Source: Bacteroidaceae bacterium (GTDB taxonomy: Bacteria > Bacteroidota > Bacteroidia > Bacteroidales > Bacteroidaceae). From it: DNA of 64,000 bases. The translations under genes were made by a program, and so were the position numbers. The notes beneath the pieces were generated by a model. That model worked only from the letters and a program-made list of their open reading frames with translations, searched no databases and was not told where the DNA came from. Where the stretch lies: positions 9,217-73,216 of the forward strand of contig JAZLKB010000059.1 in the NCBI GenBank assembly GCA_045597365.1, written 5' to 3'. Within the stretch, counting starts at the first letter, position 1; the number at the start of each line of letters is the position of its first letter. Of this stretch, positions 58,105 through 64,000 are shown one piece after another.

Positions 58105-60186
58105 TCATCTGCTAAATCCGATATTTCCACACTTTTTAGAGAGATGTTCCTGCGAACAGAGCTCGCGAAGATAGTCAAGTGAATATCCATCGCCGGTCAG
58201 CACCTCGTTCATTGTCGCTTTACGGACAATGTTGTCTATCTCACCTCCAGAGAAATCGTATTCAGCGGCCAGAGCATCTGCATCCGATTCTGTCAACAGA
58301 GGGAGCTTATCCTGCCAAATCATCCTCTTTGCCTCAATGTCAGGCTTTTCAAACTTGACCTTGAAGAGGAACCTGCGCTCAAAAGCCGCATCCAGATTCC
58401 CTTCCAGATTGGTGGTGGCTATCAGTATGCCCTGCAACTTTTCCATCTGCTCAAGAATGATGTTCTGAATGGCATTCTCAGTCTGATCAACGCTACTGGA
58501 TGTGTTCTCCATCCGTTTGCTGAAAATGGCATCTGCTTCGTTGAAGAGCAGGATAGGGGCTTTCACGGATTTCCGGCACAAACGCTCGTACTTTTTGAAA
58601 ACACCCTTCACCAGTTTCTGGCTCTCTCCATACCAGCATGTCTTCATTTCAGAGATGTCCACCTGCATAACGTCGCGGCCGGAAGCTTTGGCTAGCTGAT
58701 AAACACTCTCCGTCTTTCCTGTACCCGGCGTTCCGTAGAATATGGCAGCAACACCCGTGGGAAGTTCCTTCTCCTTCAAACGGTTCTGCAGATTCTCAAA
58801 GGCTGCTGGCTGTATGCTGTCGGACAGGAAATCCAGCTGTTTCCTGAGGGCAGGGGAGAAGTACAGGTTCTTGGCCTTGATTTTGTCAACGTCCAGAACA
58901 TCATTTGTCTTCTCTTTCCTTTTGAACTTTTCTGCGTCTTTCTGTAAGAACAACTCACGCCCATCATCGGTCAGCTCAACCTTCGTACTTCCGAAGAAAC
59001 TCTCCTCGCCAAGTTCTGCCAAACCGAGAGTCTGAAGGGGATGCTCCTCATTTCTCCACCTTGTACTCTCTTCCAAAATGTGTTGCTGTTTGTCATAAAT
59101 ATCATCTAGAGTGGTCTCCAGACACGTGCGGCCGTGCAGACTGTCAGCGCACATCTCGTAGAAAAACATTCTGTCCGGAATATTTTTCATGTTTTTTTTC
59201 GTCCCTTTGACCAGAGATAGAGACTTGTTGTCCGATTCCAGATCACAGACCATCCTTTCAAGCTTAAGTGTATTGTAGTTGTTCCTCTTCCTTTCATCAA
59301 TCAAATCCGAGACAGCCTTCACAAATTCAAATTTGTCAAGTCCGGTTGTCTTCTTCATTTTAACTTCTGCATATTCACCCAAGAGGAGTTCGTATCCGCT
59401 TTTTGTGGGTTTCAGTTTGTAGTCGTCATAGTCCTGCCAGCATTCCACAAGACCGCATTTTTGGAGGGCTGATTTCTCTCTGATGAAGTCCTTCATTTCA
59501 CTGAGGACCTGACTGCGATGGTCGAAAAGGTCTTTGAGGGTACTCTCCAAATCAGATTCATTCCCATCAATGAAGTTGTCCTTGCAGATATCGTAAAACA
59601 GAACCCTATCTTCGATACCCGGCAACATATGTCTGACTTTCTTTACAAAAGCACAGGATGAGAAGGACTCTTCCAGTTCATTGGCCTGTGCCAGAAATGT
59701 GGCCGCCGACACCTCATCACTGTCCCTGTTCTCCAACCATTCTCCAATCTCTTTCACGAGATCAAAGTAATCAGGCTCACCCTGTGATGACTTTGCCTTC
59801 GAGAGAGGCTCATCGCACAAGATGGCTTCAAAAACGACTGACGGAACTCTGAAGCTTGCACTCGTAAAGCTGGCAGTACACTCCCTGTGTCTTCTCACCT
59901 TTTCTATGAGACCGCTGAAAAGGAGCTTGTCGAAGTCCTTTTTATGCTCCACAATGTCCAGTGACGAACACTCGAAATATCGTGATATTTCATCTACATC
60001 ACTGTTTGAACCGCTTGACGTTTTGTCAAAGATTGCGACGAAGATGATGGTTTGCATCAGGTCCGTACCCAGATACTCACCTAGGACAGCAATCTCTTTT
60101 TCCACCGAAGTAATATTCTCCAACTTTTCGTCACGAAGCTTGTTGGCTATTGTCTTGATGATACCTACTGCATTGAGAGTTTCCAT
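58105..60186 (-). CDS. Classical AAA+ ATPase with ~450-aa repeat-containing N-terminal region
   Basis: Walker A GTPGTGKT, Walker B LLFNEAD, sensor ATTN and Arg-finger region AFERRF. The N-terminal part has about three copies of a ~55-aa module (see findings). Confidence 0.85.
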   Translation of the reverse strand: METLNAVGIIKTIANKLRDEKLENITSVEKEIAVLGEYLGTDLMQTIIFVAIFDKTSSGSNSDVDEISRYFECSSLDIVEHKKDFDKLLFSGLIEKVRRHRECTASFTSASFRVPSVVFEAILCDEPLSKAKSSQGEPDYFDLVKEIGEWLENRDSDEVSAATFLAQANELEESFSSCAFVKKVRHMLPGIEDRVLFYDICKDNFIDGNESDLESTLKDLFDHRSQVLSEMKDFIREKSALQKCGLVECWQDYDDYKLKPTKSGYELLLGEYAEVKMKKTTGLDKFEFVKAVSDLIDERKRNNYNTLKLERMVCDLESDNKSLSLVKGTKKNMKNIPDRMFFYEMCADSLHGRTCLETTLDDIYDKQQHILEESTRWRNEEHPLQTLGLAELGEESFFGSTKVELTDDGRELFLQKDAEKFKRKEKTNDVLDVDKIKAKNLYFSPALRKQLDFLSDSIQPAAFENLQNRLKEKELPTGVAAIFYGTPGTGKTESVYQLAKASGRDVMQVDISEMKTCWYGESQKLVKGVFKKYERLCRKSVKAPILLFNEADAIFSKRMENTSSSVDQTENAIQNIILEQMEKLQGILIATTNLEGNLDAAFERRFLFKVKFEKPDIEAKRMIWQDKLPLLTESDADALAAEYDFSGGEIDNIVRKATMNEVLTGDGYSLDYLRELCSQEHLSKKCGNIGFSR

Positions 60187-60352
60187 AGTTCCTATTATTT
60201 AATGATTTTTTGAATCATGGTACAAAATTCATTCGGTCTAATGTAAAAAAATGGCAGCAGCAGAGAATTCTGCTTTGTTTTATGAATTGAATTGCCAAAC
60301 TGGCAGAAGAACGGGCGTAGAGAACATCTGACTGCAGGATTGGCAGCCGTAA

Positions 60353-60505
60353 GCGACGCTGATGTATCTGGACGGTATGCCGATATATGACATCATGAAG
60401 GTGACGGGGCACAAGAGCGTCACTACTCTGGAGAAGAACATCAGAGCGGACAAGCTGGAGGTTGCGCAGAAGCTGGCGCGGAAGAGCTACCAGTATTTCA
60501 AGTGA
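60353..60505 (+). pseudogene. C-terminal remnant (~50 codons) of a tyrosine recombinase/integrase
   Basis: ...LMYLDGMPIYDIMKVTGHKSVTTLEKNIRADKLEVAQKLA... resembles the GH.S..TT tail of Bacteroidales integrases. The frame opens just after a TAA at 60350-60352. The usual catalytic Tyr context is not evident. Confidence 0.45.
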
Positions 60506-60837
60506 TGTGCCGGGGGCACGGCAATTCTTATTTGAGAATTGTCATCTTCGCGAAGACTTTCCAAACGTGATAATGTTTTGCCGTCTTCAACTGAAAATAT
60601 GCCGGTCTTTACATAGTGCAGTCCGAAAATGGCAATAAGTCCGCCATGAGTGGATGTCTTATGGCCATCGTTCACCAATAATGCGAGTATTGCATGGAAC
60701 AGAGAATAATAAAGTCTGTTCGCTACAATGTCCCACATGCCATTGTTGGCCAAAGTCGGAATCATGGCATACGTTTTTGAGGCTTTGTCAAACTCCAAAG
60801 TGACTATTGATTTCCTTTCTTCCGGATCAAGGCTCAT
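60487..60837 (-). CDS. HEPN-domain protein (toxin-like partner of MNT)
   Basis: NRLYYSLFHAILALL...HGGLIAIF matches the PF05168-type HEPN pattern. 4-nt overlap with the upstream nucleotidyltransferase gene. Confidence 0.7.
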   Translation of the reverse strand: MSLDPEERKSIVTLEFDKASKTYAMIPTLANNGMWDIVANRLYYSLFHAILALLVNDGHKTSTHGGLIAIFGLHYVKTGIFSVEDGKTLSRLESLREDDNSQIRIAVPPAHHLKYW

Positions 60838-61154
60838 AGGATGTTTATTTTGTCCTGTTCGACATTTTTATAGAACGGCGTGAAAGAGTAGGATTCCCAC
60901 TGCTTCCTGCTATACAGAATTGGTGAAATGCTCTCGCCAAAATCCCAGCCTAATGCCACGAACGGATATGCGTAGCTGTCATGATCGGCATTTGCTATTC
61001 TGTCCTTATCTATCAGCAACAGCAAATCCCAGTCGGAACCGTCATGGTAGTCACCTCTGGCACGGGAGCCGTACAGCCAGACATTGCTGCCCGCTGGAAG
61101 GCATTTTTCTGCCAGCTGATGAATACAATCCAGTATTATCTGTTCCTTTGACAT
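60834..61154 (-). CDS. Minimal nucleotidyltransferase (MNT, antitoxin-like)
   Basis: LYGSRARGDYHDGSDWDLLLL is the G-S-x(n)-D-x-D Pol-beta NTase signature. Confidence 0.8.
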   Translation of the reverse strand: MSKEQIILDCIHQLAEKCLPAGSNVWLYGSRARGDYHDGSDWDLLLLIDKDRIANADHDSYAYPFVALGWDFGESISPILYSRKQWESYSFTPFYKNVEQDKINIL

Positions 61155-61483
61155 AATCGGGATTGGTAAATTTCTGTGCTAAGGTAAGGTTATATTTTGA
61201 ATTGAATACCTTTTTGCTCAAAAGTTTCTTAGTGAACTGCGTTTTCTGATGTGGATGAATATGCAGGGATTATACTTTTTGACAGCGAACGGCGAAAAAT
61301 TGTTTGGAGTGTGTTGTGATTTTTGCCAAAGATTGGCAAAGGTTTTCTGATTGGTGGAATTTGCTATTGGTACCTTTGAGACCTTTTTTTCAGCTCGGAA
61401 AAGCTTACTGTCATGGAAGGTTTTATTATTAATCGCTATTGGTACTGTTATGAAGGAAGAGAATTTCATGACAGCATTGTCGG

Positions 61484-61545
61484 GGGTTGCGGAACGGATT
61501 AATCGTAATGAGATTGACAACCTCCTTGAAATAGACTGGAACAGG
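61484..61545. repeat. 62-bp conserved block 1, copy B (partner 27549-27610)
   Basis: Direct alignment. Confidence 0.8.
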
Positions 61546-61730
61546 ATTACGGATGGGTTCCGGGAGTGCTGTTTGAAGATGTTGCTTAGGCTTATTGATA
61601 CTAGGGTGGCGCGGGTTCTGGCTGTCAGGTCGTGCCTGGCATTCTATGAGGCTTATCTGGTGGAATGCAGGTATAACTAGGTGTGAATTGTTGCTTTGCG
61701 TGATGTTGGTCTTTGGACAGTACTTCGGTT

Positions 61731-61871
61731 CCTACAGAGTGAATGCGAGACAACTTAGGTTGGATGAGAGCGGCGGGAACCTGGGGTCTGTCCGTTTTGA
61801 CAGATTGTGTCAGTGAAAATGGCACTATGGGAATTATATCGTAGCATACTGTAGTTGATTCAGAAATATAT
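61731..61871. repeat. ~140-bp conserved block 2, copy B (partner 28051-28191)
   Basis: Direct alignment. Like copy A, it ends just upstream of the first gene of a cargo cassette. Confidence 0.8.
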
Positions 61872-62203
61872 TGCTATTTTTGAAGAATTATAGTATTTGC
61901 AAGCGCTTGTTACAATATGCAATTGCCGGTATTAGTCTCATTTATTGGTTATGGCAGGAAGGGAAAAATTGTAAATGGTATTTTGCAGATCAGCCGAATG
62001 TGCAGGAAGTCGGTCCAAATAATGCCATGGAGCAAAATTTCAAGGCATATCCATACGCTTCACTCGTACGTGAAAGTATTCAGAATTCGCTGGATGGGTT
62101 GGCACATGGTTGTTGTATGAGAGTGTCAGCTGAAACTGGCTATTCAATGGCTTTGTCCTTGGTGATTGTGTCACCTTTGCGGACGTTACTGGTGTGGCCG
62201 TAG
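61871..62203 (+). pseudogene. 5' remnant of a GHKL (HATPase_c-like) ATPase gene
   Basis: ...AMEQNFKAYPYASLVRESIQNSLDG carries the N-box (E..QNS.DA-like) of GHKL ATPases. The frame degenerates afterwards and collides with a convergent lysozyme remnant. Confidence 0.4.
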
Positions 62204-62298
62204 CCGATGGTCCAGATGCCGGAGGAACAGCGGTAGGCGGTGAGACGGAGGCCTTCGAATTCGCGTATAATAAGGAGGGCGTATGGTAAGGCAGTCAT
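62140..62298 (-). pseudogene. 5' remnant (52 codons) of a GH24-type lysozyme gene
   Basis: My translation of the minus strand is MTALPYALLIIREFEGLRLTAYRCSSGIWTIGYGHTSNVRKGDTITKDKAIE*. EFEG.RL.AY....G.WTIGYGH is the phage/ICE lysozyme N-terminus. The ORF is below the 60-aa cut-off of the track. Confidence 0.55.
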
Positions 62299-62582
62299 AA
62301 AGAGTTTATTCTAATTAATATATCTTATACAAAGAGAATCAATTATTTACACTTATGCGCCAGATAGTTTGACTAATATCATTGGTATGGTGAGAGACTC
62401 TGATATGAGCGAAAGTGCTATATTCGATGTTATAGATGGATATAAAAAATGAGACCCATTTTAGGTCTCACTTCAACTGGATTTTTCCTGTATTTAGAAC
62501 AATCCATCACTTAATGCACTTGCAATTGAAAGCAGCAAGAATACTGGCACCCAAATAGAGCGTCCTTTATGTTGTTCATTCT

Positions 62583-63062
62583 CTAGTCTTGAAGATTTGC
62601 AAATGGTCTTTCACCATAATAGCCAATGAATTCCTGAATTAATGAGTATTCCTCTGCCCGTGGATCTTCGGGTGAAGGCTTCCAACAGACTATGAGGTCT
62701 TTGCAATCGGCAAGTTGCCAGATAAGGCGTCCACCAAAATGCCCGACATTCTTTCCGTGGCCAAATCGAATATATTGAGAAATGCGTTTTCTCAGACTTG
62801 TAGCCTTGCCGATATACATTACGCAGGTACCCTCAATCCAGTTTGCCTTGAGTATATCAATGCTTACATTCGGGTTTTTCCCCTCATGGTAACCCCCAGT
62901 TCCTACAGAAACAAATGCAGGCTTTAATGATGTTTTTCGAAGAATCATATAAACGCCCCCTGCATCAGGGATGTTGGAGTATCCAGCGCTATTAAGCTCT
63001 TCGACAGTGGCAAAGCCGTAGAAACCGGCCTCTTTGATTTGTAAAATAGATTGAAATTCCAT
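62583..63062 (-). CDS. GIY-YIG-family nuclease-like protein
   Basis: GVYMIL...MYIGKATSLRKRISQY...EEYSLIQEF...FANL reproduces the GIY / YIG / R / E / N spacing. Confidence 0.6.
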   Translation of the reverse strand: MEFQSILQIKEAGFYGFATVEELNSAGYSNIPDAGGVYMILRKTSLKPAFVSVGTGGYHEGKNPNVSIDILKANWIEGTCVMYIGKATSLRKRISQYIRFGHGKNVGHFGGRLIWQLADCKDLIVCWKPSPEDPRAEEYSLIQEFIGYYGERPFANLQD

Positions 63063-63064
63063 AC

Positions 63065-63796
63065 TTATTTGATATTTACAGTTATAGGTGACACATCAGT
63101 ATTGACAGTAAACAACTGCGGATAGTTCTTTACCCTCGCAGAAATCTGACTGGCCGGAACAGGTTGGCCATCTTTGCGGATATAGAGTTCCTGGGCGTTT
63201 ATTTGCTTTGCAATCTCGGTGAATGTGAGAGGGTGTCCACTCTGGTGAATCACCTCCCTGATAGCTTCGTGCAGCTTTAAAGTGCTCTTGGGGATGGCAG
63301 GTTTCTCTATGTCATCTTCGGGGTTATCCTCGTCCCAGCCTGCATTTAGCAGATCGACAAGAGAACATCCGGACTTTGCCTTGTTGATACGGAGTCTTTC
63401 CAGATGCTTTTTTGATTGCTCGCGTTCTTCTGGTGACATACTGTCATACTTGCGTTCCAATTCCTCACGGGCCTTGTCTTCATCCCGAACCGCGTAATAG
63501 AATTCAGTTGCGGCTTCCAGCAACATATTGTAATCGTGTTCAGGACTGAGAACGGGCAGTTCTCCCTTCGTACAATAATCAATGTTCAAATCGAAGTCCG
63601 CACTGAAACGGACAGCGGAGAACAATGACAGATATTCCTTTCCGTTAAGCAAGGCGTATAACTGTGACGGTGTGAGACGTCTTTCCTGTGCATACGCATT
63701 CAGATTGCCATATTTTTGTTTGATGATGTCCTTGATGGAGTTCGCTACTTGTTCCGGTGTGTGCATAATTGCTGTTATTTTTCTGCAAATATGCAT
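63065..63796 (-). CDS. HTH protein with C-terminal winged-helix (HARE-HTH-like) domain
   Basis: XRE-like N-terminus (NLNAYAQERRLTPSQLYALLNG), an acidic coiled-coil middle, and the C-terminal LHEAIREVIHQSGHPLTFTEIAKQINAQELY. It ends 2 nt before the GIY-YIG gene start. The start may be at 63766. Confidence 0.5.
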   Translation of the reverse strand: MHICRKITAIMHTPEQVANSIKDIIKQKYGNLNAYAQERRLTPSQLYALLNGKEYLSLFSAVRFSADFDLNIDYCTKGELPVLSPEHDYNMLLEAATEFYYAVRDEDKAREELERKYDSMSPEEREQSKKHLERLRINKAKSGCSLVDLLNAGWDEDNPEDDIEKPAIPKSTLKLHEAIREVIHQSGHPLTFTEIAKQINAQELYIRKDGQPVPASQISARVKNYPQLFTVNTDVSPITVNIK

Positions 63797-64000
63797 AGAA
63801 ATTTTGATATTTCAACACAAACAATATATTTTTTTATCCTTTGTGTAATATTTTTAAATTTCGATATAGTATCCCTTGTTAAATCCTATTATCCCATGCT
63901 CTTTTTAGGGTGTGCCGAGAATGCACTACAATGCAATCATATGGGCTCACCCGAAAACCCGTGGGGAGGCATATAACCCTGCAATGAAAAGCACCATACT

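Noticed and set aside
61351-61680. 109-aa ORF (…ALSGVAERINRNEIDNLLEIDWNR…) covering conserved block 1
   Set aside because: The homologous stretch at 27549-27610 has an in-frame stop (…GVA*RINRDEIDNLLEIDWNR…), and conservation ends abruptly on both sides. It is at best a relic of an old coding sequence, not a current gene.
1-64000. CRISPR arrays, rRNA or tRNA genes, IS elements
   Set aside because: Reading the intergenic regions showed no regularly spaced short repeats, no cloverleaf-like or rRNA-like segments, and no transposase ORF with terminal inverted repeats. A tRNAscan or Infernal run would be needed to be certain about small RNAs.
63900-64000. Possible structured RNA at the window edge (GGGCTCACCCGAAAACCCGTGGGGAGGC)
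   Set aside because: There is only a short G+C-rich stem-like stretch cut by the window end. I cannot assign a family or show covariation.

Overview
This is a Bacteroidales-type chromosomal segment. That assignment is an inference from gene content, a BspA-like LRR lipoprotein and TAnnTTTG-type promoter motifs. Bases 1 to ~22.7 kb hold ordinary housekeeping genes: Nif3-like, holA, pepD, pyrK-pyrD, trmD, ligA, dapA, an M23 peptidase, an oxidoreductase, LMW-PTP, GH3, a serine hydrolase and a fused ABC SBP/permease. From ~22.8 kb to the end the window is a mosaic accessory region with many truncated genes and long repeats.

Island 1 (27.5-46.1 kb) is bracketed by two ~705-bp direct repeats, each carrying a whole esterase gene. 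It packs same-strand genes with tiny gaps:
- a Type III-like R-M pair (Mod + Res);
- a complete type I Zorya (ZorABCD) plus a tightly coupled fifth gene of unknown function;
- a WYL regulator with a split GmrSD-like pair (DUF262; DUF262-DUF1524);
- a HIRAN protein translationally coupled to a gene frameshifted at a G7 tract.

A Na/Pi transporter and a two-component system follow. Island 2 (50.7-62.3 kb, mostly minus strand) contains:
- an AAA+ ATPase, a second WYL protein, a DEDDh exonuclease and a second DUF262-DUF1524/DUF262 pair;
- a UDG-fold-like protein, a small Cys-rich protein and a 77-aa two-Asp-box protein;
- a HEPN-MNT pair, and remnants of an integrase, a GHKL ATPase and a lysozyme.

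The best candidate for an undescribed system is the WYL / exonuclease / DUF262-DUF1524 / DUF262 operon at 52.2-58.0 kb, possibly extending to the AAA+ gene at 60.2 kb. Its core architecture is mirrored by the module at 40.7-45.1 kb. I recognised no rRNA, tRNA, CRISPR array, or intact transposase or integrase. All family assignments come from reading motifs in the supplied translations. No database search was run.
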